Source: Thermoproteus tenax Kra 1 (GTDB lineage Archaea > Thermoproteota > Thermoprotei > Thermoproteales > Thermoproteaceae). From it: a DNA stretch of 32,000 bases. The stretch is from NCBI RefSeq assembly GCF_000253055.1, contig NC_016070.1, positions 1,320,001-1,352,000 of the forward strand. The letters are read 5' to 3'. The position numbers and the translations under genes were made by a program. Below are positions 7,498 to 18,860 of the stretch, piece after piece. The notes below the pieces were generated by a model. That model was not told the DNA's origin and ran no database searches. It worked only from the letters and a program-made list of their open reading frames with translations. Positions within the stretch are counted from its first letter, which is position 1, and every line of letters starts with the position of its first letter.

Positions 7498-7827
7498 ATG
7501 GAATACGTCTATGCGGCTCTGTTACTACACTATGCAAAACAGGAGATAAGCGAGGAGAATCTGACTAAGGTCCTCCAAGCAGCTGGGCTTCAGCCAGATG
7601 AGGTTAGAATCAAGACGCTAGTCGCCGCCTTGAAGGAGGTTAACATCGATGAGGCCGTAAAAAGCGCCGCCTTCGCTCCAGTTGCAGCCGCCCCAGCTGC
7701 GGGCGCTCCAGCCCAAGCTCAAGCAGCCGGCCAACAACAAGCTGCTGGAGGCGAAAAGAAAGAGGAAGAGGAGAAAAAGGGTCCCAGCGAGGAGGAGATC
7801 GCTGGATCCCTCGCCGCACTGTTCTAA
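7498..7827 (+). CDS. rpl12p: Ribosomal stalk protein P1 / L12p
   Basis: [30 protein letters not shown]...[18 protein letters not shown]-like core, Ala/Gln/Pro hinge, and acidic [23 protein letters not shown] tail. Confidence 0.95.
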   Translation: MEYVYAALLLHYAKQEISEENLTKVLQAAGLQPDEVRIKTLVAALKEVNIDEAVKSAAFAPVAAAPAAGAPAQAQAAGQQQAAGGEKKEEEEKKGPSEEEIAGSLAALF

Positions 7828-7848
7828 AATACAGACTCTTTTCTATTT

Positions 7849-8589
7849 TCACTTGGATTTAGTCTCCGGAGGACTCTGTACGACAACCATTTTAGATAAA
7901 GTTTTATGAACTTCTTCGATATCTTTATAGTATATTCTATATAGTTGGTTACCTATTTTTAATTCTATAAATTTTCTTTCTGGAATATATTTGTATTCCT
8001 GCACATGGATAGGGGCCTTAAGACCTGTGTTCTTGTTTATCACAATGCCTGTATCGTATATTTTGACATCGGTCGCTATAATCGGAAATTGTATTGGCCT
8101 GAAGGTAAAATAGTACAGGGGCGAGAAGATCGCTGTAAAGGCCGCAAAGAGCGCCACATATCCAAAATACGTAGCCAGGAAGCGGCCAAGGCTCTGCTCC
8201 AGACTGGCGCTGACCGCCGGCACAATCGTAGACTGAAAAGCGGGAAAAAGCCATATTCCTATCAGCATGATTGGAAACGCCATAAAGTATATCATAAATA
8301 CTCTATTTAGTTTACGCATTTCTTCTTGAAATTCTCTATCTTTTTCTAAAGCTTTATTTGTATCTTTTTCATTTATTTCAAAAAGTAACTTGCCCTTTAC
8401 TATCTCTCTTGCTTGAAGAGATCCCCTTCTATAGGCCCTTATTCCCAAGGCTGTAGTTATCGCGAACACTGATCCTATGTAGAGAAGTCCCACGAGCCAG
8501 AGATACTGCGGGCCCAACACGGCCATAACTGCGGCATAGCCGAATATTGTGCCCACAGTAATTAGAAGTCTAAGGGCCAGCTGATTCAT
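7849..8589 (-). CDS. Conserved archaeal integral membrane protein (DUF2208-like)
   Basis: 246 aa; two pairs of hydrophobic helices and a C-terminal soluble region. The family assignment is from memory and tentative. Confidence 0.6.
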   Translation of the reverse strand: MNQLALRLLITVGTIFGYAAVMAVLGPQYLWLVGLLYIGSVFAITTALGIRAYRRGSLQAREIVKGKLLFEINEKDTNKALEKDREFQEEMRKLNRVFMIYFMAFPIMLIGIWLFPAFQSTIVPAVSASLEQSLGRFLATYFGYVALFAAFTAIFSPLYYFTFRPIQFPIIATDVKIYDTGIVINKNTGLKAPIHVQEYKYIPERKFIELKIGNQLYRIYYKDIEEVHKTLSKMVVVQSPPETKSK

Positions 8590-8645
8590 ATGCTGCTGTG
8601 ATGTTCTAGGTCTAAAAGTTTTTCAGAAGGCGGTTTATAGCCGCC

Positions 8646-9218
8646 GTGAAGATAATCCCTATATGCAACGATACAGGCGGGCGTCTGCCGCCGTCCCACG
8701 GCTTCGGCGTACTTGTGGGGGAAGTAGCCTTCGATGCATGCACTGAGGCGGCGGCCCGGTCATTCCTTGAGAGAATCGGAGTCAGGCCGACCCTCGGCAT
8801 CGCGGGCTTGGATAACCCCCATCACTCTGGGGGATTTTCTGTGTTTAAAGTACCTGTCATTAAGTGGAAGACGGGAATTCTTGACATTAGACTTAGGGGT
8901 ATTCTCTTTAGGCTATACGGCTTTGGGCGCGAGACCATCATCCAGATAGGAAGAACTGTCATCTCCCCCTGTGGCATCTTCACCGTCCCCTTCGGCAAGT
9001 TATCCGCAACAGATATCAGGGCTGTATGTTTTGTGGGCGGCCTGGGGGGCTCTACGGCGAGTCCCTACGCAGTCGCGAGGATACTCGGAGAGCTACGGGC
9101 CTTGGGAGTTAGGTGCATAATCCCTTTACATACTCCGCCCAACATCATCAGAGAGCTAGAGCCCAAATTCAACGTCTATAGACTCGGCGCAGGTCAAGAG
9201 TTCGAAATACCTATATAG
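8646..9218 (+). CDS. Hypothetical protein, possible metallo-beta-lactamase-fold-like
   Basis: 190 aa: MKIIPICNDTGGRLPPSHGFGVLVG...PCGIFTVPFGKLSATDIRAVCFVGGLGGSTASPYAVARILGELRALGVRCIIPLHTP. The fold assignment is weak. Confidence 0.55.
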   Translation: MKIIPICNDTGGRLPPSHGFGVLVGEVAFDACTEAAARSFLERIGVRPTLGIAGLDNPHHSGGFSVFKVPVIKWKTGILDIRLRGILFRLYGFGRETIIQIGRTVISPCGIFTVPFGKLSATDIRAVCFVGGLGGSTASPYAVARILGELRALGVRCIIPLHTPPNIIRELEPKFNVYRLGAGQEFEIPI

Positions 9219-9237
9219 AGAGCTCCAACAAGACCCA

Positions 9238-10779
9238 ATGGGTTTCCTTGAATCACTGGCTCTATATCTAATTGCGTGGGCCCTATTGGTGCTCGTAGCC
9301 TACCTCCTCAGAAGAGATCTCGTGAAGGGCCTCGTGGTGATAATGTGGAGCTCTGAGAGGGCGGCCCAGTTCATTACGAAGATATCCAAGAGGCTCAGCT
9401 TCGTGCCGTTGAGGATCTACGTCGCAGTCGCGCTCCTCCTATTCTTGTTGGCTGCATATTCGCCGTATTTCCCCATCCCCGCCGGACTCGGGGTGGCCTA
9501 CATGCCCGGCTTCGCATATCTGTTGGTTGGATCGACATATCAGGCCGCGGCTGCGCTCGCCGGAGGGGCCTCAGTGCAAGAGGCGGCCTTGATAGGCGGA
9601 CAGGCCGGCGCCGTGCCTCTGCTCCCCGGAATAACTATCCCGTGGGATCAATTGCCCTACATAGCGTTGGCAGTAGCGGTAGGCGTGGCTCTCCACGAGT
9701 TTCTGCACGGCTACGCGGCCGTGAGGTTCGGAATCAAGCTTAAGACAGCCGGCGTCTTCTCTGCGTTCTTTGTAGCCAGTGGCGCGTTCGTAGAGCCCGA
9801 CGATAAGGAATTGAAGGAAAGTTCTCTAGTGGCAAAGCTAGCGGTCTTCGCCAGCGGCGTCGCGGCCAACGTGGCGTTAGCTCTGGCCGCCTTGGCTATC
9901 TACCTAATCGGCGTGAACCTAGGCTTGGGTGGCGCCGTGCTCACGAACATCAACGCGCCAACACATCAGTTGGGGCTCGAGCAGGGCGATATTGTAAAGG
10001 CCGTCAACGGCTGCGGCATTTCGACGAAGATAGCAGTGCCGGCTCAGCTCCTCTCTGTGTTGAACAAGCTCGTGGGAAATCCCTATGGGGCTCCGTTGTG
10101 TGATCCAAATCAGACAATAACGCTGATAATACAGAGGGGTTCCAACGAGCTCGTCCAAGACGTGCCGGCTGCCGCGTTGATGAGGGGCGCAGAGATACTC
10201 GGGCTAGTATACAACGGACCTCTCTATAGAGCCGGCGTGAGACCCGGCGATGTTCTGACCGCTATCTACGGGTGCGGCGGCGTATACCGCATATACTCCA
10301 GCGGCCAACTCCTTCAGACTCTCCAGAACATTGTTGAGAGAGATCTCTGCAAGCCTGGAGATGAAATCATAGTTACTGTCGTAAGAAACAATACGGCCAT
10401 CAACTACACGGTGATATTAGGCGTCAATCCATCAAATACATCGAGACCGTTCTTCGGAATATATACTAACGGCTTAGGAGAGATAGGCTTTAATACACAG
10501 TTACTAAATATTTCTCTATTTTCTAATACATTATTTGTAAAAATAATTATGTGGTTCTTTTTAATTAATTTGGGATTAGCCATGATAAATGCTCTCCCCA
10601 TCTATCCGCTTGACGGCGGACTCCTCGTACAGTCGTTGTTGGAGAGGGCGCTGGGAGAGAGGGGGGCGCGCCTGGCCATCTACGTTATTTCCCTTGCCTT
10701 CGCAGCGTTCTTGATATTTGACTCAGCTCTGGGCTTTATGGGCGGCATATATAAAGAGGTCTTCAATCTGCTGAAGTGA
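9238..10779 (+). CDS. Site-2-protease-type M50 membrane metalloprotease with PDZ-like region(s)
   Basis: HEFLHGYAAVRFGI (HExxH) and NALPIYPLDGGLLV (NxxPxxPLDGG), multiple TMs, and two PDZ-like stretches (NLGLGGAVLTNINAPTHQLGLEQGDIVKAVNG; LVYNGPLYRAGVRPGDVLTAIYG). Confidence 0.93.
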   Translation: MGFLESLALYLIAWALLVLVAYLLRRDLVKGLVVIMWSSERAAQFITKISKRLSFVPLRIYVAVALLLFLLAAYSPYFPIPAGLGVAYMPGFAYLLVGSTYQAAAALAGGASVQEAALIGGQAGAVPLLPGITIPWDQLPYIALAVAVGVALHEFLHGYAAVRFGIKLKTAGVFSAFFVASGAFVEPDDKELKESSLVAKLAVFASGVAANVALALAALAIYLIGVNLGLGGAVLTNINAPTHQLGLEQGDIVKAVNGCGISTKIAVPAQLLSVLNKLVGNPYGAPLCDPNQTITLIIQRGSNELVQDVPAAALMRGAEILGLVYNGPLYRAGVRPGDVLTAIYGCGGVYRIYSSGQLLQTLQNIVERDLCKPGDEIIVTVVRNNTAINYTVILGVNPSNTSRPFFGIYTNGLGEIGFNTQLLNISLFSNTLFVKIIMWFFLINLGLAMINALPIYPLDGGLLVQSLLERALGERGARLAIYVISLAFAAFLIFDSALGFMGGIYKEVFNLLK

Positions 10780-11246
10780 GACGGGACGTCCTCAGAGGCC
10801 TCCTCCTGGGCATAGCCACTATAGCCGTAGCTATATTCCTCGCCTTATTTCCGATCGAGCCGCTGTTATCTGATGAGCCCATGGCGAACGTTGCGCCCAT
10901 AGGAGTTCTCAACGGAGTGGTTGAAAAGATATCCAACGATGTTTGGTTCTATCTATGGAAGGTTACAATATTGTTGGTCATATTCTTCTTCGCTGCTCTA
11001 GTGGCATCGTTCTTCGTCAGAATGAACGGCACCATGAGGAGCTTCTTCGCATTGATATCGTTCGCAATAGCTGTGTTCCACTATGCCAACTTTCTCACTA
11101 TGGCTAATGATATCAAGATATATCCCTTCTTCATTGTAATTCCAATAAATATAAATGGTACAATAGTAAATCAATATTATGTTGATATAGGTTTATTATT
11201 TATTATTTATGGATTCTATAATGTGTGGAAATTATTTAAGGAATAG
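10776..11246 (+). CDS. Hypothetical membrane protein
   Basis: 156 aa with four apparent TM segments; start overlaps the S2P stop by 4 nt, suggesting co-translation. Confidence 0.65.
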   Translation: MRRDVLRGLLLGIATIAVAIFLALFPIEPLLSDEPMANVAPIGVLNGVVEKISNDVWFYLWKVTILLVIFFFAALVASFFVRMNGTMRSFFALISFAIAVFHYANFLTMANDIKIYPFFIVIPININGTIVNQYYVDIGLLFIIYGFYNVWKLFKE

Positions 11247-12608
11247 CTCCTCGTATTGTTTGACGTACTCGACAGAGTCTTTAAGAGACGCGAAGAGCCT
11301 CCTTGCGTACTCTACGTCTTTTTGAGTCACGGCATCCCGCCCATCGTCCCTGGCCTTTATATACGCCGGCACCAACAATTGGATTGCGTAACGGAGCGAG
11401 GACTCCAGGCCTATCTTAGTCAGAGCGCCTAGGGCGTCGTCTGACAGCTTTATTCCCTCCTCTGCCGCCTTTATCTTGATTATTTCCTCTATTTCCTTCT
11501 CGTTGTAGGGGTTCGTCTTTATTATGATCAGCCTGTCCAACATATCCCGCGGTATACCGTGGGGCGACTCGATGTCGGTTCCCCTTATGCGGGCCATCCC
11601 TCTGTTTGTCGCCAATATCAATATGGGCGCCATCTCGCTCTCCATAGCCCTTGATAGATAGGCAAAGGATTCTATATCTAAGAGGTGGGCATCGTCTATG
11701 AACAAGATCCCTGGTATTAGTTCGCCCTTACCTTCGTCGATGGTCTTCTTCACAAAGTTGTCCGCCTCGCGCCTCACCTCCTCCGGGATCTCCTTGGTCT
11801 CCTCAACGAAGCCGAAGAGAGCTGCGCTGAGAAGACCCCTCTGTCTGGCCAATGCGGTGTCGATATCATGCAGAGTGAAGAAGCGCGTTATCTCCTTCTC
11901 CTTATAGACGGGGCCCTTCGGCACCTCGATCTTGGCCCTTGTGCGTACATCGTACTGCTCGCCGGACTCTCCTCTGCCCTCCACAATGACTCTGCCGGTC
12001 TCCTCGTCTATCATTATAACATCGCCTTCCTCCACGCCCAGCTCTATGAGCTGTGCTGTTATCTCCGGCGGGATCCTCAGAGTCTTCTCCTCATCTCTAG
12101 TTCTAAGCTTTATAGTGGCCCCTCTGGGTATCTGCATGTAGGGGTTGTAGGGGTGTCTATCGTATCTTATGTCCAACGATCGGACTTCGCCCTCGTATAC
12201 CTTACGCCATTCTCTCACTCTGATGCCGATGGCCTTCCTCAACGCCCTCATGAGGAACTCCGTCTTCTTCATCTCAGCAGAGTAGATCTCGCCGCCAGAT
12301 ATTGCAACAAACGGCGTGTCCTCCCCCAATTCCCTCGCTATGCCCACAGCCAAAGCCGTTTTTCCTGTCCCGGGGGGTCCGACGATCAATACTCCCTTTC
12401 CGGCGAATTTGCCCGCCCTTATCATTTTGACGACCATATAGGCGGCCTCCCTGGCCTCAACTTGGCCTACGAAGCCATCCGCAGAGAACTCAACGCGGCC
12501 ATTCCTTACGCCGAGGCCTCTAATGTGGGTATGCGCTGCAAATCTTTCAAACTTGGACTTGATCTCCTCTATTCTGACTGAGGACATGTCGTTGCCTTTT
12601 CTATCCAA
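11232..12608 (-). CDS. TIP49/RuvB-like AAA+ ATPase (TBP-interacting protein TIP49 homologue)
   Basis: GFVGQVEAREAAYMVVKMIRAGKFAGKGVLIVGPPGTGKTALAVGIARELGEDTPF (Walker A), PGILFIDDAHLLDIESFAYLSRAMES (Walker B), GIPRDMLDRLIIIKT. Confidence 0.95.
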   Translation of the reverse strand: MDRKGNDMSSVRIEEIKSKFERFAAHTHIRGLGVRNGRVEFSADGFVGQVEAREAAYMVVKMIRAGKFAGKGVLIVGPPGTGKTALAVGIARELGEDTPFVAISGGEIYSAEMKKTEFLMRALRKAIGIRVREWRKVYEGEVRSLDIRYDRHPYNPYMQIPRGATIKLRTRDEEKTLRIPPEITAQLIELGVEEGDVIMIDEETGRVIVEGRGESGEQYDVRTRAKIEVPKGPVYKEKEITRFFTLHDIDTALARQRGLLSAALFGFVEETKEIPEEVRREADNFVKKTIDEGKGELIPGILFIDDAHLLDIESFAYLSRAMESEMAPILILATNRGMARIRGTDIESPHGIPRDMLDRLIIIKTNPYNEKEIEEIIKIKAAEEGIKLSDDALGALTKIGLESSLRYAIQLLVPAYIKARDDGRDAVTQKDVEYARRLFASLKDSVEYVKQYEELFLK

Positions 12609-12723
12609 ATTTTATCTTTATCCCGAAGAGCCCTCAGCTCCATCAACTTGGAGCGCTACCGATATGATGTGGAGCGAGTCTGCGACAGTACAATTGATAT
12701 AATAGTGTTTTACGAGATGTTGT

Positions 12724-13311
12724 ATGATCGACCTTCGCTACCTTAAGCTTCTGACGTTCTTAGCTATGAGCCAGGCGCTGGCAGGAAGGCGTTATATCTC
12801 ATCTAAATTGGGGATGGGGGAGGGCGTCGTCAGAGGGCTCATAGAGTTGGGTAGAGGTCTGGGGCACATCTCAGTAAATAGAGCGGGCGCGAAGATAACA
12901 GACAATGGAATACGATATTTAGCCGAAGTGATCTCGCTGTGTAGACTGAAGCCTCTGGCCTACACTAACAAATTCGCTGAAAAACTGTGCGGAAGAGTGT
13001 GCGTTGCATTCTCTCTTGGTATAAAGATAGACAATATAGTAAAGTTTAGGGATAGCGTAGTCCGTAGAGGCAGTTGCGGCATTATAATCGCCCAATTGAG
13101 AGATAACAACATATACATCCCGCTTGCAGAAATGCGGCTTGAGGATCTCGATCCAGAGATGGCCGGCTCAATTAAGGGGCTCCTATCAAGGGAGGATTTC
13201 CTTATAATCTCGTGTGGCGATAACTTCGGACAAGCCCTGGCCCCTCTCGAGGTGGTCTGCGAAATGATGATAGAACCCGGCCGATCCGATGAAGTACGGC
13301 ATCCTATCTGA
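12724..13311 (+). CDS. HTH-containing archaeal protein (DUF4443-like putative regulator)
   Basis: N-terminal wHTH-like YLKLLTFLAMSQALAGRRYISSKLGMGEGVVRGLIELGRGLGHISVNRAGAKITDNG. Confidence 0.65.
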   Translation: MIDLRYLKLLTFLAMSQALAGRRYISSKLGMGEGVVRGLIELGRGLGHISVNRAGAKITDNGIRYLAEVISLCRLKPLAYTNKFAEKLCGRVCVAFSLGIKIDNIVKFRDSVVRRGSCGIIIAQLRDNNIYIPLAEMRLEDLDPEMAGSIKGLLSREDFLIISCGDNFGQALAPLEVVCEMMIEPGRSDEVRHPI

Positions 13312-13570
13312 TTTCTCCTCGCGCCCAGCTCCAGCGTTCCTGCCGCGAGACTCTTGAGTTAGCCTACTGCGAGGGGCGCGAGAGCTGTCGCGAGGCAGAG
13401 GGAGTCCGAGGACAAGTCGGTAGATGCTGTAAGGGCTCGCTCACCGAGAATGAGCATAGGCGGTCAGATAGGGCGCCATAAGAGGCCTCATTGAAAACAA
13501 CAATCATCAATATAGATCTACATATATAGGCTAAGATAACAGATTTCAATGTTCTTAGAGCATATCCACA

Positions 13571-14803
13571 ATGAGCGAACAGACTGTATCAATTAGGACG
13601 ACCGGCAAGATCATACAGTCGCCTTGTGGCCCCATCATTCACGGCCTTGAGGATGTACTGGTGAAAATAACCACCATAAGCGATATAGATGGCCACACGG
13701 GCAGACTCTGGTATAGAGGATATAGAATTGAGGATTTGGCAGAGAATACCACATATGAGGAGGTCGTCTATCTTCTTTTATACGGGAAGTTGCCGAGTGC
13801 GAGAGAATTGGCCGATATAAAGAGCAGGCTCAGCGCAAATAGGGAGCTGAACCCTGCCACGATAGAGATTCTTCGCGCGCTCGCCAAGGCGCATCCCATG
13901 TTCGCTCTGGAGGCCGCGGTCGCAAGCGAGGGCGCGTTCGATGAAGATAACTTAAAGTTGGCCGACGCGCTGAGGGCCGGCCGATATAAGCAAGAGGAGA
14001 AGGACCTTGCGTTAAGAATAGCGGAGAAGCTGATTGCCAAATTGCCCACCATAGTTGCATATCATTATAGATTGTCGAGGGGGTTAGAGCTAGTCAGACC
14101 TAGGGGCGACTTAGCCCACTCGGCAAATTTCCTCTATATGTTCTTCGGAAAAGAGCCTGATCCTCTTGCGACTAAAGCGATAGATCTCTATCTAATCTTA
14201 CATGCAGACCACGAGATACCTGCCTCAACTTTTACGGCGTTGGTCATCGGAGCCACTCTCAGCGATCTGTACTCTGTAATAGCGGGCGCCATAGGCGCCC
14301 TCAAGGGCCCGCTGCACGGCGGAGCCAATGAGGCCGCCGTCAAGTCCTATTTGGAGATCGCAGATCCCTCCAAGGCGAAGGAGATAGTTGAGGCTGCTAC
14401 GAAACCCGGCGGTCCCCGCCTGATGGGCGTAGGACACCGCGTTTACAAGGCCTATGATCCTCGTGCCAAGATCTTCAAAAAGTTGGTGGAGGACTACACA
14501 GCTAAATTCGGCGATCCTCAGAGACTGTACGCCATAGCGAGCAATATTGAGCAAGCAGTGATGGCGCATCCCTACTTCCAACAGAGAAAGCTCTATCCAA
14601 ACGTGGACTTCTGGTCAGGTATAGTGTTCTACTATATGGGTATACCCTACGACTACTTCACGCCCCTCTTCGCCATGTCCAGAGTTGCGGGTTGGACGGC
14701 GCATGTATTAGAATATTGGGAGAACAACCGCCTCTTCAGGCCGCGCGCGTGCTACGTAGGGCCGCACGACCAACAATTTATCCCGCTTGAAAATAGATCT
14801 TGA
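13571..14803 (+). CDS. gltA: Citrate synthase / 2-methylcitrate synthase
   Basis: GRLWYRGYRIEDLAENTTYEEVVYLLLYGKLP; LILHADHEIPASTF; GALKGPLHGGANEA; GVGHRVYKAYDPRA; NVDFWSGIVFYYMGIP. Confidence 0.95.
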   Translation: MSEQTVSIRTTGKIIQSPCGPIIHGLEDVLVKITTISDIDGHTGRLWYRGYRIEDLAENTTYEEVVYLLLYGKLPSARELADIKSRLSANRELNPATIEILRALAKAHPMFALEAAVASEGAFDEDNLKLADALRAGRYKQEEKDLALRIAEKLIAKLPTIVAYHYRLSRGLELVRPRGDLAHSANFLYMFFGKEPDPLATKAIDLYLILHADHEIPASTFTALVIGATLSDLYSVIAGAIGALKGPLHGGANEAAVKSYLEIADPSKAKEIVEAATKPGGPRLMGVGHRVYKAYDPRAKIFKKLVEDYTAKFGDPQRLYAIASNIEQAVMAHPYFQQRKLYPNVDFWSGIVFYYMGIPYDYFTPLFAMSRVAGWTAHVLEYWENNRLFRPRACYVGPHDQQFIPLENRS

Positions 14804-14806
14804 ATT

Positions 14807-16111
14807 CTATTTTTGTATAATACCGGCGTTGATCAATACCTCCATGGTTTTTATGCTTCTGCCGATGATCTCCTGTGCTATATTTAATTCCTCTCTGTAG
14901 CTCAACGGCTTGCGCGCAAGCCCCAACTCGGACGCTTTAGCCGCTACTGCGGCCGCCTCGCGTGGGTATACCTCCCACTCGGTCATCTTGGGAAGTATAT
15001 AGTCCTCGCTTAGCTTCGGCTCCGCATATCTTGCGAGCTCCTCAGCCGCCGCTATAAGCATCTCGTCCGTCACAGTTACAGCCCGTGCGTCTAATAAACC
15101 CCTAAACACAGCGGGAAACACAAGCGAATTGTTCACTTGGTTTGGGAAATCGCTTCTGCCAGTGGCGACCACCTTGGCTCCCGCCTCCTTGGCCTCCCAT
15201 GGCCATATCTCCGGCGTAGGGTTGGCCAACGCAAACACAATGGGATCCTTGTTCATCGCGGTCACCCACTCCTTCTTTATTATGCCAGGACCTGGGCGAG
15301 AGGCCGCCACAACTATGTCGGCCCCCCTTAGCGCCTCCGGTATCCCGCCCTTTCGCCTCTCGGCGTTAGTCTTTATAGCATATTCATACTTCCACGGGTT
15401 CTCTAACATGAGGCTGTCCATGTCCTCGCGCTCCGGATGTAGTATGCCCTTGGCGTCCACCATGATTATATTCCCAGGCTTTACGCCGTAGGCTATCAAG
15501 AGTCTGGCCGTGTAGATATTAGAGGCACCGGCGCCAATCAGCGCTATCTGGGCCTCTCTCAGCTTTTTCCCCACTATCTTAGTCGCGTTTATTAAGCCCG
15601 CCAACGTCGCGGTGGCCGTGCCCTGCTGGTCGTCGTGCCATACTGGTATTTTAAGCTCTCTGCTCAGTTTATCCAATATCCTGAAACACTTAGGCGACTC
15701 TATGTCTTCTAGGTTTATACCGCCGAAGGCCGGCTCCAACGCCTTGACCACCTCTATGAATTTATCTGCGTCCCTCGCCTTTATGGGCAAAGGAACTGCG
15801 TCCACTCCGCCGAGATACTTGAATATAAGCGCCTTGCCCTCCATGACTGGATATGCTGCCTCTGACCCTACATTTCCGAGACCGAGAACTCTTGTGCCGT
15901 CGGAGATAACTGCGATGACGTTCCATCTAGAGGTCAGCTCGAAGGAAAGATCCACGTTCTCCGAAATCCTTCTCGAGACCTCGGCAACGCCGGGACTATA
16001 ATATATTGCAAAATCCTCCATTGATGTAATTGGAACCTTAGGAATTGTAGCAAATTTGCCATTATATTTCTTATGGATTTCCACGGATAGATTATACCAT
16101 TTATCTGTCAT
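14807..16111 (-). CDS. NAD(P)-dependent malic enzyme (oxaloacetate-decarboxylating)
   Basis: [13 protein letters not shown]; [31 protein letters not shown]; [18 protein letters not shown]; [13 protein letters not shown]. Confidence 0.94.
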   Translation of the reverse strand: MTDKWYNLSVEIHKKYNGKFATIPKVPITSMEDFAIYYSPGVAEVSRRISENVDLSFELTSRWNVIAVISDGTRVLGLGNVGSEAAYPVMEGKALIFKYLGGVDAVPLPIKARDADKFIEVVKALEPAFGGINLEDIESPKCFRILDKLSRELKIPVWHDDQQGTATATLAGLINATKIVGKKLREAQIALIGAGASNIYTARLLIAYGVKPGNIIMVDAKGILHPEREDMDSLMLENPWKYEYAIKTNAERRKGGIPEALRGADIVVAASRPGPGIIKKEWVTAMNKDPIVFALANPTPEIWPWEAKEAGAKVVATGRSDFPNQVNNSLVFPAVFRGLLDARAVTVTDEMLIAAAEELARYAEPKLSEDYILPKMTEWEVYPREAAAVAAKASELGLARKPLSYREELNIAQEIIGRSIKTMEVLINAGIIQK

Positions 16112-16143
16112 TGAGAATTTATGTTTTTAAGGTATAAATATAT

Positions 16144-16557
16144 TTGTTTGATATGATTTCGCTAATTGGCAAATATGAAGTAAATCTAGACTTCCATAAT
16201 AAATATATATTAATAAAACAAAATAATAATATTATTTATTTTATTAGATTTAATGATATTATATCTAAATTTTATAGGATAGCCAACACGTTACAGGAGC
16301 TGGATAGAGGTCCCGTTGGCCTCGCCCTACGCCTTGAGGCTTGCAATGATTGGACAGCTACAGTATCTCCTAAACTCACAGGCTCTGGCTGGATCGTCGA
16401 TTATGGGCAAAGGAAGATCATAGCCGCGAGATGTCTCAACGGCTCTTGCATCCTAGCGGAGCGTTGTGTCATGCCCGATATATACTATTTAGATAACAAG
16501 ACGTACGACGGCGAGGTCTTAGCCGCCCTTACAAGCTTGCGCCTCGTGGAATTTTAA
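16144..16557 (+). CDS. Hypothetical protein
   Basis: 137 aa ORF, divergent from malic enzyme. No recognised family; Met4 is a possible start. Confidence 0.5.
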   Translation: MFDMISLIGKYEVNLDFHNKYILIKQNNNIIYFIRFNDIISKFYRIANTLQELDRGPVGLALRLEACNDWTATVSPKLTGSGWIVDYGQRKIIAARCLNGSCILAERCVMPDIYYLDNKTYDGEVLAALTSLRLVEF

Positions 16558-16635
16558 ATATAAGGCCTGCGTCTGACTATACCAGTGATGTAAAGGTTTC
16601 CGGTGGGAGATATGACCGGGCCGCATGTTCTGATA

Positions 16636-18202
<1,567 letters not shown>

Positions 18203-18236
18203 CGCCTCGGGTTTTAATCGAAGTTAATAAAAATTT

Positions 18237-18830
18237 CTATTTCAGCTTCCTCGCCGATAGGATCAAGTTGGCTATGAAGTCGGCCGCTATTTCGGCATGC
18301 TCAAAGGGGCGCGATTGTGGCCTTCCTCTGAAGTTAATTATGTGCACCATGCACTCGGCCGCGTTGGCCGCGGCAAATGCATAGTATCTATTGGCCATCT
18401 GGTGCATCTCTATCTCCTCCTCAGTCTCTTGATCTCTGAACCTCGTTGGATCGCCCTTTCTTCTCTCGAGGATATCCTTGCTGTCGTATTCTATCAATAC
18501 TATGGCGTCCGGCTTGAGCTTTGACACAACTCTGTCGGGCAGCCCCGGATAGTAGCCGCCCATCATCTTGATAGATGCGTGTGTGTCCACCAAGACGTCC
18601 CCAGGCAGAGATGCTATGTATTCCGCTGCCTCCTCTTGCACCTTTCGGTACTCCTCTACAGGTATCTTTTTCCTCATCTCGTCCCTATTCGTTATTCCGT
18701 ATTTCTTCTTCGATATCTCCAACATGACGTCGCCGAAATTAACGATTTGGACATCGGGCACCTTCTTCCTTACATACCCCATTATGGTGGTCTTTCCGCT
18801 ACCCGGGACCGCAACTAGGATTATCCTCAT
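18237..18830 (-). CDS. adkA: Archaeal-type adenylate kinase
   Basis: MRIILVAVPGSGKTTIMGYVRKKVPDVQIVNFGDVMLEI; DTHASIKMMGGYYPGLPDRVV; RKGDPTRFRDQETEEEIEMHQMANRYYAFA. Confidence 0.93.
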   Translation of the reverse strand: MRIILVAVPGSGKTTIMGYVRKKVPDVQIVNFGDVMLEISKKKYGITNRDEMRKKIPVEEYRKVQEEAAEYIASLPGDVLVDTHASIKMMGGYYPGLPDRVVSKLKPDAIVLIEYDSKDILERRKGDPTRFRDQETEEEIEMHQMANRYYAFAAANAAECMVHIINFRGRPQSRPFEHAEIAADFIANLILSARKLK

Positions 18831-18860
18831 AGGGCGTTTTACTACTACTTTTTTAAAGCT

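Noticed and set aside
7201-7499. Small ORFs 7164-7499 (-), 7201-7386 (+) and 7252-7464 (-)
   Set aside because: They lie in the repeat/hairpin element and have low-complexity sequence; better explained as noncoding mobile-element DNA.
11868-12581. 237-aa plus-strand ORF opposite TIP49
   Set aside because: Antisense to a clearly conserved AAA+ ATPase; composition is that of a shadow frame.
13312-13570. GC-rich gap and ORF 13364-13549 before citrate synthase
   Set aside because: Looked for C/D boxes, tRNA and RNase P signatures; the only C/D-like pair (gatgaa...tctga) is within the coding end of 12724-13311, and no consistent fold was apparent.
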